A DNA stretch of 64,000 nt from Octopus vulgaris (lineage: Eukaryota): positions 82,212,001-82,276,000 of the forward strand of contig OX597831.1 of the NCBI GenBank assembly GCA_951406725.2, given 5' to 3'. The notes beneath the pieces were generated by a model, which ran no database searches, was not told where the DNA came from, and saw only the letters and a list, made by a program, of their open reading frames with translations. Shown piece after piece: positions 1-16,080 of this stretch. The first letter of the stretch is position 1. Every line of letters starts with the position of its first letter. The position numbers and the translations under genes were made by a program.

Positions 1-58
1 AAACTATTAATTAATTCCCAATTTACAACTTTATAATAATTATATTTTGTGTCTGTGC

Positions 59-89
<31 letters not shown>

Positions 90-3000
90 ATTTACTCCGT
101 AATTTTAAACAGAAGTAAAATTTTTATTAATTGTAGGAATACTTTCTTTTAACAAGAAAGAAATCCAGATCCCAGATTTGTAGAGAAAGAAACGAGACGT
201 ACATCGTTGTGGTGTTTATGCCTTTCCAAAGAAATCTCTGACATCAGTGAAATTAAATTGCAGAAAGCAGTAATTAATTCTGTTTATTAGCTCGAAGAGA
301 GGGAGCTCGCATCTAATTTTCTGATACTCATTATAGACAATAATGACGATGATGATGATAATGAAAGTGATTTTGGAGCAATAGAGAAAGAAAGAAAGAA
401 AGAACGAAAGAAAGAAAGAAATGTTTGGTCGGGGTGTACAGAATTTCGAGTGAATAAGCTGCAGTAACTTCAAGCCTAGCTCGAGTATCGAGTTACACTC
501 AATAGGTTAATAGTAGTAGTGGTGGTAAAAGTAGTAGTAGTAGTAGTTGACTGGTTAGGTATTATGTTCAGGTGAAACTCATCAGCTGCCGATACCAAGA
601 AGCAAGTAAGCAGCCAGAAGAATCACCATAGAAGTATGTAAATGTTGTGAACGGTAATTCTATCCTCGTCCCTCTTCAAAGCACCACCAAATATGTCTCA
701 GATAAAGTTACCATTCCCCAAGTCTGTCAGCTGAACAACTTGTAATCCAAAACATCTTAATTGATCAACAAATTCCAACAATTGAATTCCTCCTCGTTTT
801 GGATTCAATTTTATTTTAATACACACTGTTTAACCATTCTGGCTTCACCGTATTAATTTTTTTTTACCAGTTTGTCAGGGGAAGGATAGGGCTCCACCCC
901 TAGCCCTTTATGTCGTCAGGGGTGCTGTCACTCGCTGGATGAATGGAAAGACTTATTCTTAAACTAGAGACCTGACCCGAATACTGGCAACAGAGGAGAT
1001 ACTGCCAAAGGTACTCAGGGACCAGTGTTAAACTGGGAGACAGGTTATACCAACCACAGAACGTAATGATCAGGGCACAAATACTACAAGGTATTTTGTC
1101 GCACGATCTAACAACTCTTTCACTTCGAACCAACCACCATCAATTTAAACTACTAGGACACGTCCGAGGAAAAGATGGAGTTGATTTAATATATGAGTGG
1201 TGTTAAAACAATGTTTGTGGTTTTTAAGGAGTTTTAGGGGACACTAAAATGGACGCCGGTGTAATTTAACCATCACAACTAAATGCTGGTGTCAAATTTT
1301 GGCATAATGCCACTTCCACCTAAATATAGTAATGTATTTAATTCGGACTTTGATAGTCAGAATTGTATCCTCCATCGCACTTTCTTACATAGGTACAAGA
1401 TCTTGAGATTGAGAGAGAGAGAAGGGGGGGAGAGAGAAAGAGAGACAGACATACAGACAGACACACAGAAATTATGATAAGTTTGCAGTTTTAAAGGTTA
1501 TCCGCTAATAAAATGAATATAAATGGTTTAATCCAAGAATCGTTAAACCTCGTTTGACTACGAACGCTCTCTCATCAGTATCGGCGGTTATCTATCTTCA
1601 GCTAAAACCATTTATAGCACCAACTTTCGAATAGCTTGTTTTGTTGCAATCTTATAAAGACAAGTAATTAATAGGTAATTAATTAACAGTGATCACTAGG
1701 GGCGCTAGCTATGGACGATTGAGTCGATACAGTGTCACTTTATGAAGCGAAAGATTGGTAACTCGTATCTTATCGCCATTATTGTGTCGTCTTTGATATA
1801 TAACGCTCGATGAGTCAGTCTACCTAGCTGTAAGCAGGTACCACAATTTGTACAGCTTGAGGCTGTAAGAAGCATCGATAGCATTGTGTAAGGCTTTTTT
1901 TTTTCACCTACAAGTACAAAGTGTTGGGTACATAGCTTGGTAGGTCTCCTTTGCGATTCGTTGGTTTCAGTTCCTTAAATCTTCTGGAATTATTTTGTCC
2001 AGTCTATTTTTAGAAATATTAAAGTTGCAACACAAATATTTGCTGAACCAAGAAATATATTTTTCTCTGTTTAATAAATGTTTTCCGAGAACAATTCTCT
2101 TTACAAAATATAGAACAACGTTGATTGTAAAGTATTTATCGTTTATCGAACATTGATTGTTCCTTTGTCGGACTGAAGATATCCCGAAGGAGTGACACTT
2201 AACCCGGGACATACGATACTAGGCTGTGTGTATGTGTGTGTGTGTACTTGAGAGAGAGGGGGTGATGGAGGGAGAAGAGAGAGGTGAGGGGGAGAAGAGA
2301 AAGCTAGAGAGGGGGTTGAGAGAGAAGAGAGAGAGAGAGGTTTTTATAAAGGCTTCGTGGTGGTTTAATTAAGTCCTGACTTCGATTTTTCTGAACTGAT
2401 CATGAACCTCACATAATTTATTTAACAGTATGGATTAAGCAGGATCTTTAGATGTTTACATTTGACGATGGTTACCAGTTTAGATGTGCATGTTTGTTAA
2501 AGAGTTTGCCTTTGTGGTGTGTCGGAGGAACCACGGAGAGAAAGGGAGAGACACGGGCAGCCATCAAGTGTCTGGTGATGAGCAGTTATTAAGACTCCGA
2601 TTGTAATGGCGTCGAGGACTTGCTCTCTATTCGAATGAGATTTGTTGTTCTTTTTGAAAATCAAGCATCAATTCAAGCTGAATACATGAAGTGGTGATGG
2701 TGGTGGGCTAGGAATTATCTCTCATATCTTAATCCAGCAGATATTGGGCAAGGATAGTAATCGATAGAGAATTAGAAAATTAACAAAAATATTCGGTATT
2801 TTTTCAAATCTGTAACATCTTAGAATCGAAGAGGAAGTTTCGAGGAAACCAATACTTGAGACCCCAGTTCGTTCGATTCTCTATTGAAACCCTTTTATTT
2901 CATTTATGCAGCTAATGTCATTGAGAATAAGGTGCATGCGTGTCACACATTCCTCATATAAAGTCTGAAGGAATCAGTGTAAGAAAGAAGAAGAAAAGGG

Positions 3001-3501
3001 CGGAGAAGGAGTAGAAAAAGAAAGACATCAAAGGAAGACAGAGGGAAAAGAAGAAGAAGACGAAAACTAGAAGAAATAGCTTAAGTAACATGAACAACCA
3101 CATCATTTTCTAAGAGTTGATAGTAAGTAAAAAAAAAAGGTGTTTTTGAGCCCCGAAAATGGTAAGAGATAAGATATCAAGGTGGTGGTGGTGGTGGGTA
3201 AGCAAGATGGAAGGAAATTTACGCATCGCTTTTCCAGCCTGTAATATATCTGCAGGTAATCAAAAACTAGCAGATGTTGTGTGTTTTGGAGGAAAGAGGA
3301 TGAGAGAACTGCCGCGGTGGAGAGGGTGGGGAGTAGAGCATGAAATTTCTAGAATCTTTTCTATTACTACTCACTGATTCTTAATATCTCATTCCACACA
3401 ACACCCACCCAATCTATCTATCTATCTATCTACCTATCTATCTCTCAGCCTATCTATCTATCTATCTATCTCTCAGCCTATCTATCTATCTATCTCTCAG
3501 C

Positions 3502-3536
<35 letters not shown>

Positions 3537-3656
3537 CCTATCTAAATCCGGGGTGTGTCGTAACACGCATTATTATTAATTTCATTTTTGTAAAAGTTGA
3601 CTACTTTTCCATTACTTCAAGCAATCGTCAGATGGAACAGTAATAAAAGTATGTTT

Positions 3657-3737
<81 letters not shown>

Positions 3738-3830
3738 GTAGATAGATAGATAGATACGCATCAATTTCTGACGTCTGTTTAATTGATAATACCTTTCTCC
3801 ATTTTGTTTTTTTGTGTGTACATTATTATC

Positions 3831-3886
<56 letters not shown>

Positions 3887-4664
3887 CGTTATTATTATTA
3901 TTATTATTATTATTATAATATTCAGTTGTTGCAATTTAATTGGTGTGTTCATCCTGAGAGGAAAGGTGTGTTAAAAATAACTTGGCAAACAGATGCCGAA
4001 AAAATAATCAGAAAATATGGCGTTGGTGAAGCAGAAGGAAAATGTTGAAATTTAATTTCTGGAACCATTTTGGCAGAATTGAGAAGAATTTAGCCATTAT
4101 GTAGAATAGACATATACCTGGATTCCATTGGCACCAAACCACAAACTAATAAGGTACTTATTCTAAATGATGTTTAGTATGAACCTGGTAGAGATTCTAT
4201 CGACCCACAAGTTATAAAAGAGGAATTCAACAGCGATGGGGTATGAATTCAGATACCGCAAGGTGGTCTGACGATTTCTTTGGCATCTCCGCCTCCTTCG
4301 TATAGTGCATGTGTATGTGTGTGTGTGGTGAGTGATCATATATGTGTGCCTCGAAGCAAAGTTAGCTCCTTTGAAACTCTTACAGTTTGCACACACACGT
4401 ATTTTTTTTTTTTTTTGACAGCTTATTTTAACAAATATTCTATGAATCGAAAGAATATTGATAACAACAACAATATTTCAAGGATTTTTACAGCTAAATG
4501 ATAAGGTTGCAATAAAAAATGTAAAATACTTGATTTTTAGTGACTAAATAACTTTGGTAAAGTAATATTGGTCACAGATTTATATTCGTCCTTGAACATT
4601 TCTTCTTTACAGAGGGCGTCGGAATATTTTACAGAACCAATACTCCAAGATGTTATGGTATTCG

Positions 4665-4835
4665 CTGTTAGTCCCATGTCAAGCCTGATCGAACACGCTT
4701 ACGACGACAGACCTTCCAACCGTAATCATCCAGTCTTTTGTATATCTCGGACTTCACTATTGAAGGTGTCCTTCATGGTTTTAAAAATTGTAAGGCATAA
4801 TTTGAGAGGATTTAGCTGCTCTTTCTAACAGACTT
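4665..4835 (-). mobile_element. Old SINE-like dispersed repeat (family C); related copies at ~29260-29455, ~35045-35240, ~35640-35815 (same orientation) and ~50670-50770, ~51780-52020 (opposite)
   Basis: Diverged blocks recur across the copies: ctgatcgagcag / gtgtgattt..gagg.gatttagctgctatttctagca...gagcgacc. Several copies end in (CAA)n/(TTG)n. Confidence 0.55.
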
Positions 4836-5543
4836 CCTCCTTTGGCTTGAATAACGATTCAAGTTGTTTGAACAGGTAAAGGAAGCGGTAAGTTCTCCAA
4901 TAGTCAAACGTATGACTCGGTTTCGATTCCTGGATGAGAGAAACTAATGAAACCAAATTTGTTCACTTAAGGCTACCAGAAAAGTGATAAACGCCACAAC
5001 TTCTCACTTTCTTTCATCTGTATGTAATTTAGACATTGTACTTTATACGATGCATTAAAATCATTATAATTATTACTGTTGTCATTATTATTATCAATAC
5101 CAGCTATACTAATGCCCTTCCAATACAATGGAATTCAGCAATAATTAAGCATCTGGCAAAATGATAACCGCGATCTAGTTTCGAGTCTATTTTAACTCTT
5201 AAGAAATGCATGAACGTCACATAATCTTATCACTGTAAATTTGAATCTATTTGTCTTTAACATCAATTTTTCTCCATTGATATTTAAATTCTTTTTTTTA
5301 TTTTTCTTAAAGATAATTCTTTTCTTTTAAGTCATATTTTCGATTTGGTGATTACAGTTCGAATCTAACCAACATCAAATGAATTTATGGCGGATTTATT
5401 TTACTTTAAATACAATTAGAGAATAGAGTTAATAAAAAGAGTACGGGAGAGAGTACATCATTGGGAGTAGTTTGAGAGGCGACAGGAAAGAGTAGCCAGA
5501 AGTAAGGAGCAGAGTTGTGTGAGGAGGATGTGAAAAGGGAGTA

Positions 5544-5574
<31 letters not shown>

Positions 5575-6065
5575 CGGAGAGAGATATAGGGATCAGCTGT
5601 TTACTCAGTAGATTATATTTTCTCTTTCTTTTTCTCTGTCAGGTAATTCCAAGGAATGTAAACGGTCCTCTTACACTTTCACTCCACACACACATACTCT
5701 CTCTCCTTCTCTCTCTCTCTCTCACTCTAATTAATTTTTTATTACGTCATTACTTTCAATGTCAAAGTGAACTGGTTAAATTTTTTTTTTCCATTTTCTT
5801 TAATATTTTATGTTAATATAGATGTACATTAATTATGCTAATTATCATTATCTAAATTTATAAATGCATCTATGTATATATAATCCATACAAGTATATAT
5901 GTGCCACATACCTTCAATTTCGTCCTTTGTGAGCTGAGACTAAAATAAACAGAAAAAAAGGTGAGAATGAAACGAAGAATAAAAACATTGATTCTTTCTT
6001 TTTAAACTTTCTAAAATATAACTGGTTTTTTTTTTCGGAAACATCGCTAAGTTTTAATTGCACTA

Positions 6066-6114
<49 letters not shown>

Positions 6115-6213
6115 GGAGTAAACACATAAATGTGTGGAAAAAAGTACTCAAATACCAGTGGTATAATATATACATTCATACTCTGATATCATGTGTGTGT
6201 GTTTTGTTGAATT

Positions 6214-6269
<56 letters not shown>

Positions 6270-6995
6270 ATAAAACTAGCAAATGTTAATTTTGTTTTTA
6301 GGTAAAATTCAAATTTAATTCTTTTCGTATTTATAAATTGGAATTTACAAAGCATAAATGTAGGAATGTCTGCTACTATTTACTAAAAGTTTACATTGGA
6401 GAAGATTTCCTGCCAACGCAAAGATAACTTACCATTTTGTTTATGCTTACTGAGTGCTGCCAGTCGTGGTAAGTCTGTACCTCGCTAAAGTGGGAATGCT
6501 AGATATACCGTTTCTGCTATTACCTAGGTAGTCTTATTTTATTGGGAGCAGTTGATATTTCACCCTAGGGGGGTAAGGCTTTTTATAGAAATCTGAAGTT
6601 TTGTAAAAAGTCGGAATCTTTAAAAACGAATTAACTGCAATTGAAGAAAAATAAACAGAAAACAAATATAAATATAGAAATATATATTGACAGCTTCAAA
6701 ATTTTCAACTTTCTCCTGAAGTTGAATACAAACTTTTAATATGAGTAAATAATGGAAAAAGTTGGAAAATGGTAGTGAGAAGAGGAAGGTGGGGACTCCT
6801 GTACACCCCCTAATTAATTGTTCCAATAAGGTTGAACCCGTCTTACCGGATGTGACGATTTGACCAGCTACTTGGTGCGCAACATGCAATCCGATATTCT
6901 ATATCTATAATTAGAGGTAGAAATAAAATTCTAGCTGATGAAGATACTCCGCAGCAATTATTTTTTTTTTACCTTCCTCGGGTAGAGAAAGGACG

Positions 6996-7068
<73 letters not shown>

Positions 7069-7070
7069 GC

Positions 7071-7171
<101 letters not shown>

Positions 7172-7348
7172 TGTATATTGATTTTAATGTATTCAAGTAT
7201 TTATGTATAAATAAAAGTAAATACTTAGACTGACATGTTTTTGTGTTCCATACACGAACATTTATTTATACCTATCTACATCTACACACACACACACACA
7301 CACATATATATACGTACATATATATATGTGTGTGTGTGTTAGTGTATG

Positions 7349-7379
<31 letters not shown>

Positions 7380-7434
7380 TTATACATATATACGTATATA
7401 CTTATATATATATGCATATATTTATATATATATG

Positions 7435-7478
<44 letters not shown>

Positions 7479-7899
7479 CATACACACATACACACACATT
7501 CATGCATAAATACGTACATATAGACATAATATACACGCAGGCATGAACTTTCATACGCACGTTTTGCAAATAAGTACAGGTATACCCAATTACACAGCTA
7601 TACATTCTATACATGAGTGTATGTATGTTTACGTAGATGTCTATAAACACACGCACACACATATGCACACGTGTGTATATAAATTTATATTTGTGTATGT
7701 ATTTATACATACCAATTTACAGATTATATATATATATATATATGTATATATATTATGTATGTATATATATTATGTATATATATATGTGTGTGTGTATTTG
7801 TGTATGTTTCCTTAAATCTTGGATATATATACATGCTCATTTAATTACATTTCTCATACATGCATATTCACAGACACACACACACACACACACACACAT

Positions 7900-7941
<42 letters not shown>

Positions 7942-8563
7942 TTATATCTAGGTATATACATACATACGTACATATATATATATATATATATATATAGTAT
8001 ATATATATATATCTAGGTATATAGATACATACATACATATATATATATTTAGGTATATATATATGTATATATATAGGTTTGCATTGCAGCAAACCTATTT
8101 CCATTGTAGAATAATCATTTTATCTAATTAGCAATCTACAGATATTTATCTCATCTTTTCGTTTCGTTCTAAAGTAGTACGGTCTATTAGGAGCTCTGGA
8201 AAGGTTCCATCGCACTTATGCACAATGTCCACCCAGCAATTTCACTGCATATTTCTACTGTAGAATCTTGTTAGGTACAGTTGAATTATCTCAAAGAAGT
8301 GCGATGACTGCACTCATTAGAAATAAAACAAAAAGGAAGTTGACTGATTTTAAATGTTTTTAATTAGTTTTAAATTATTTTCTGTGATATGATTGTTTAT
8401 ATTAAGTTTACAACTGCAGTACCGGTAAAAAATAACGGGATCTACTTAAGTACGGAATAACTTATGCAAACTTATTTGAACTATAAAAATGCTGGATGAA
8501 ATATTAGGGAAAGAGAGAGAAAGAGAGAAAAGGACGAAAGAAATAGAGGGAGAGATATATGTA

Positions 8564-8599
<36 letters not shown>

Positions 8600-8605
8600 T
8601 GTATG

Positions 8606-8664
<59 letters not shown>

Positions 8665-8902
8665 GTATAGAAAGGTTGGATTTAGATTCGTCCTTTAATT
8701 TGGAGGTTTCTCAAAAAGATTTCTATTATTGATTCTTCGTATTTTGCTGGTAGTTTACAGGTGTAAATTTGCGAATATGAAAATAATACTTGTATATGAT
8801 GTGTTGCGAATTTATGGAAAGAAATCCAATAAAACTCAACGATTTTAAACTAAATTGCTGAGTGTTATCGGATTTCTTTCCATAAATTCACAACATATCA
8901 TA

Positions 8903-8938
<36 letters not shown>

Positions 8939-8965
8939 TGTGACAATTATTCGGTTGCCATAATA

Positions 8966-9068
8966 AAACTCCGAGTTTCGGATGTTGGGGTGGAAACCTG
9001 CACCGGCATCTCTTCAGTTCTCGAGGCAATTTCGATTGCCTCGACAACTGAAGAGATGCCGGTGCAGG
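8966..9068 (-). ncRNA. Degenerate hammerhead-like motif whose 5' part is duplicated as a 34-bp inverted repeat
   Basis: The minus strand reads CTGAAGA-GATG...CATC-C-GAAAC-TCGGA-GTT. The hairpin 8997-9030/9035-9068 has a TTCG loop and one C-C mismatch. Stem I is weak. Confidence 0.45.
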
Positions 9069-9203
9069 GGCATGCAGCACATAATTTTGTCAGTGAACAG
9101 GTCGCAGTCTCAAGGCAACGAAAGTATTTTGGCAAATTAAATTTAAATGTTGAAGTGAATCTAACGGTTTTTGTGTGTTTCTTAAATGGCTTATAAACAC
9201 CTT

Positions 9204-9266
<63 letters not shown>

Positions 9267-9514
9267 TCTCACACACACACACAGATACTTTATGCATATA
9301 GACATATAACTAAATAGACAGACATCATTTTCTGCTTAACATTAATTAATAATCAGCGAGTCTTTTATCTTTTCCATTTCCTAAATATTTTTCTTTTCTT
9401 CCTTTCTTTTAATATACGTTTTAATTTCAGGAACCCACCTCTTTTTTCCCTGTTCCTCTATTTCTTTCTTTTTATCCTTCCCTCCATCAATCCCCCTCTC
9501 TCTCTTCTTCTCCC

Positions 9515-9576
<62 letters not shown>

Positions 9577-10282
9577 CTCTGTCCTTCTTTACTAAATTCC
9601 CATTCATAAAACTGTTTAATTTACGTTAACTTTATCCATGGGGAAAGTCTGGTTATTTCTCTTATATTTTACAGTATAACATTATATTGCATATCTATAT
9701 ATCTGTTTACACACACGTACATGCATATGTGTACGTGCGTGTCTGTGAGAGTTTTTGTCTACGTGCGATCACGCGCGAGTGTGTATGTATGCGCTCCTCT
9801 GTGCGTGTGCCTGCGTGTTCGTGTATCAGTGTGTGTGTGTGTATCCACTTCATTCTATTGAGAGAGAAGCTAAAGGTGATGAACATATTAGGAGCTGGTG
9901 TACGCTCTTCTACGTCTGAAGGTGCAAAGATGTGAAGCAGACGACTTCTTCCCTCAACTAGTTGCCCATACAAAGTGATATTATCATTACACAGGCTGTT
10001 GCTTACATTTCACACACACACACACATACACACACACGATCGTACATATACACATGAACACTCACACAAACACACGTACACACTTATCTATGCATAATAT
10101 CATATACTCAAACGTACCCAAACAACCACATACACACTAACACACTGTTGTAGACATAAACACACTCAAGCATTCGCAATCACATGTAAAAAGTCACATA
10201 CATACATACATACATACATGCATGCATACATATATACATACGTACATATATACATATACATACATATATATATACATACATA

Positions 10283-10332
<50 letters not shown>

Positions 10333-10543
10333 CATACACATACACACATATATATATATATACATATATAAATGTGTGTATATATATATATATTTATTTA
10401 TATATATATATGTATATACATATGTATGTGTGTGTTTGTATGTGTGTGTGTGTGGGTGTATTTCCATACATGCATAGATAGATGTCAATTTGAATCAATA
10501 TATTTTACGTGTATGTATGCTTGCGTTTCTTATCGTATGTTTT

Positions 10544-10612
<69 letters not shown>

Positions 10613-10761
10613 GTACATATACATGTATATGTAGATGTGTGTATGCGCGCGTGCGCATGCGCGAGTGCTTCTATTCATCAGAGTTTTTATTTTTACTTTT
10701 TTGTTCGCACTTTTGGAAAGGAGTGGGTCTTTGATGTTAGTTCTGGACCACAATAACCTAC

Positions 10762-10950
10762 CGGTGTAACACATCACTGTAACACACTGCTGTTACATAG
10801 CATATGATATAGCATGGTAACATAGTACTATAACATACACTGTATAATACCACTGTGACACCCCACTATAAAATACCACTGCAACCTACCAATGTAACAC
10901 TGTACACAGCACTGTGACATACCATTGTAACATAACGCTGTAACGTAATC
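10762..10950. repeat. Degenerate ~14-15 bp minisatellite (unit ~cactgtaacatac)
   Basis: cactgtaacac / cactgtataatac / cactgtgacac / cactataaaatac / cactgtgacatac recur at short regular spacing. Confidence 0.6.
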
Positions 10951-11114
10951 GTATAGAAACATCCTCACCACTTGTACTGCCGCTTCAACCACTACACGTC
11001 GCTACACCTTACAGAATAACACCTTATTTTCTACTATACACAATACTATACTACACATCATATAAACGACTATTATACATCCTACACACTACAATGTACT
11101 GTATATATTTGCAC

Positions 11115-13755
11115 TACATACATAAATACCTTCATACATACATACATACATACATACATACATACATACATACATACATACATACATACATACATACAAT
11201 ACATACATACATACATACATACATACATACAATACATACATACATACATACATACATACATACATACATACAATACATACATACATACATACATACATAC
11301 ATACATACATACATACATACAATACATACATACATACATACATACATACATACATACATACAATACATACATACATACATACATACATACATACAATACA
11401 TACATACATACATACATACATACATACATACATACATACATACATACATACATACATACATACATACATACATACATACATACATACACACATACATACA
11501 TACACATACATACACATACATACATGCATACATACACATACATACATACATACATACATACATACATACATACATACATACATACATACATACATACAAC
11601 ATACATACATACATACATACATACATACATACATACAATACATACATGCATACATACATACATACATACATACATACATACATACATACAATACATACAT
11701 ACATACATACATACATACATACATACATACATACATACATACATACATACATACATACATACATACATACGTACATACATACATATACATACATACATAC
11801 ATACATACATACATACATACATACATACATACATACATACATACATACATACATACATACATACATACATACATACATACATACATACATACATACATAC
11901 ATACATACATACATACATACATACATACATACATACATACATACATACATACATACATACATACATACATACATACATACATACATACATACATACATAC
12001 ATACATACATACATACATACATACATACATACATACATACATACATACATACATACATACATACATACATACATACATACATACATACATACATACATAC
12101 ATACATACATACATACATACATACATACATACATACATACATACATACATACATACATACATACATACATACATACATACATACATACATACATACATAC
12201 ATACATACATACATACATACATACTAATACATACATACATACATACATACATACATACATACATACATACATACATACATACATACATACATACATACAT
12301 ACATACATACATACATACATACATACATACATACATACATACATACATACATACATACATACATACATACATACATACATACATACATACATACATACAT
12401 ACATACATACATACATACATACATACATACATACATACATACATACATACATACATACATACATACATACATACATACATACATACATACATACATACAT
12501 ACATACATACATACATACATACATACATACATACATACATACATACATACATACATACATACATACATACATACATACATACATACATACATACATACAT
12601 ACATACATACATACATACATACATACATACATACATACATACATACATACATACATACATACATACATACATACATACATACATACATACATACATACAT
12701 ACATACATACATACATACATACATACATACATACATACATACATACATACATACATACATACATACATACATACATACATACATACATACATACATACAT
12801 ACATACATACATACATACATACATACATACAATACATACATACATACATACATACATACATACATACATACATACATACATACATACATACATACATACA
12901 TACATACATACATACATACATACATACAATACATACATACAATACATACATACATACATACATACATACATACATACATACATACATACATACAATACAT
13001 ACATACATACATACATACACATACATACATACATACATACATACATACATACATACATACATACATACATACATACATACATACATACATACATACATAC
13101 ATACATACATACATACATACATACATACATACATACATACATACATACATACATACATACATACATACATACATACATACATACATACATACATACATAC
13201 ATACACATACATACATACATACATACATACATACATACATACATACATACATACATACAATACATACATGCATACATACATACACACATACATACATACA
13301 TACATACATACATACATACATACATACATACAATACATACATACATACATACATACATACATACATACATACATACATACATACACACATACATACATAC
13401 ATACATACATACATACATACATACATACATACATACAATACATACATACAATACATACATACACACATACATACATACATACATGCATACATACATACAT
13501 ACATACATACGTATATGCATACATACATACATGCATACATACATACATACATACATACACACATACATACGTATATGCATACATACATACATGCATACAT
13601 ACATACATACACACATACATACGTATATGCATGCATGCATACATGCATACGTACATACATACATACATACATACATACATGCATACATGCTTGCATACAT
13701 ACATACATACATACATACATACATACGTATATGCATGCATACATACATACGTACG

Positions 13756-13787
<32 letters not shown>

Positions 13788-14990
13788 CATACAATACATA
13801 CATACATACATACAATACATACACACATACATACAGACATACATACACACATACATAGAGACATACATACATACATACATACATACATACATGCATACAT
13901 ACATACATACATACATACATACATACATACGTACATACATACATACATACAATACATACATGCATACATACATACGTACATACATACATACAATACATAC
14001 ATGCATACATACATACATACATACATACATAGATACATACATACATACGTATATGCATGCATACATACATACGTACGTACATACATACATACATACATAT
14101 ATATATACATACATACATACATACATACATGCATACATACATACATACATACATACATACATACATACATACATACATACATACATACACACATACATAC
14201 ATACATACATACATACATACATACATACATACATACATACATACATACATACATACATACATACATACATACATACATACATACATACATACATACATAC
14301 ATACATACATACATACGTACATACATACATACATACATACATACATACATACATACATACATACATACATACATACATACATACATACATACATACATAC
14401 ATACATACGTACGTACATACATACATACATACATACATACATACATACATACATACATACATACATACATACATACATACATACATACATACATACATAC
14501 ATGCATACATACATACATGCATACATACATACATGCATACTTATATACATATATGCATACACACACACATGCATACATGCTTGCATACATACATACATAC
14601 ATACATACATACATACATACAATACATACATACATACATACATACACACATACATACATACATACATACATACATACATACATACATACGTACATACATA
14701 CATACATACAATACATACATGCATACATACATACATACATACATACATACATACATACATGCATGCATACATACATACATACATACGTACGTACATACAT
14801 ACATACATACATACATACATACATACATGCATACATGCTTGCATGCATACATACATACATACATACATACATACATACATACATACATACATACATACAT
14901 GCATACATACATACATGCATACATACATACATGCATACATACATACATGCATACGTATATACATATATGCATACACACACACACATACAC
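11115..14990. repeat. Giant (CATA)n/(TATG)n tetranucleotide array, ~3.9 kb
   Basis: Nearly pure CATA from ~11790 to ~12830. The flanks carry CAA, CATG and CGTA variant units. Confidence 0.98.
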
Positions 14991-15019
14991 GTACACTATT
15001 ATATGGTGAGCGTGCTTTC

Positions 15020-15350
15020 ATAAGTCTATCCATCAGATCCAACGAAGGCCATCCCCTTCTTCCAATGTGACTTTGCAGCTCAGTCTTTGAGGTCCATCTC
15101 TGGTCCAAACAAAAATTGTTACTATTTGGCTGCAGAGACTCACCACTGACTCTTAATTACTCCTTTTCTGGCCCTTACTTGTGCTCGTGACAGGATTACT
15201 TCTTTGTGCCTTTCATCACCTTCCGACATAGAACGATATTTTCTTCCTTTAACGGATCGTTGTTGCTCCTCTTCAAAATGGTCTTCAACTCTGCTTCGAA
15301 TTTCTTTGCTATCCAAATCAAGCGTTGACCTGCTGTAGTTGGTTGTCAAG
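15020..15350 (-). mobile_element. Highly decayed RTE-like LINE C-terminal fragment
   Basis: The minus-strand peptide DQRWTSKTELQSHIGRRGWPSLDLMD resembles the RTE ORF end (D.RWT....W.P..G.R.RGRP..RW.D). Confidence 0.35.
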
Positions 15351-15694
15351 GATTCTGCGGGTCATTGATGCCTGAGTTCTCTCAGATGTTGAGTAACGTA
15401 CAGAGTGTATTCCATTTTGCTGGTGTTTGTTTGACGGAGGATTTCTTTAAGTGTTATCGCCTCTCACCAAGTGACTGAAAACACAATATGGAGATACTGG
15501 ACGTGTAAGGGCCATCGCATACATCCATACAATGGAAACCAAAGTGCTCGGTAGTCGAGGACTTTGCATACAATCTCAGATGTTTGTTTGGAAAACACAC
15601 ACACTCTCTCTCTCCCTTTCTCTATCTTTCTATCTCCCTCTGTCTCTTTCTCTGTCTCTATCACTGTCTGTCTGTCTCTGTTTGTCTGTCTATC

Positions 15695-15756
<62 letters not shown>

Positions 15757-15764
15757 CTCTCTCT

Positions 15765-15812
<48 letters not shown>

Positions 15813-16080
15813 CTTCCAGACTAGACAGAAACTTGTCTGAAGCAATTTTGATCCCTTCGTCTAGTGTACAATCTTTGGAAATTATGTTGTCTTGCTTCTG
15901 TCTTGAGAGAGATGTGTTACTGAAAGGCAGACACCAGAGCGCGTCAGTGTAAAAACTAGAGTCAAGTAAGGCTGCGTATTGGACAGTGTTCTGTTTGATA
16001 TCCTTCCCACGCATATCGCCGCACTGTGTCTCTGGTCTGGTGTTTTCTAACGGTGATTGGTCTAATCTGTTGAATTGATA

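Noticed and set aside
2170-2225. CTGAAGA-TATCCCG..CGGGA hammerhead candidate
   Set aside because: GAAA is replaced by GATA and there is no valid cleavage triplet or stem I.
11082-15108. ORFs of 900-1339 aa (MYVC / HTYI repeats)
   Set aside because: They are translations of the stop-free (CATA)n array in all frames; no coding evidence.
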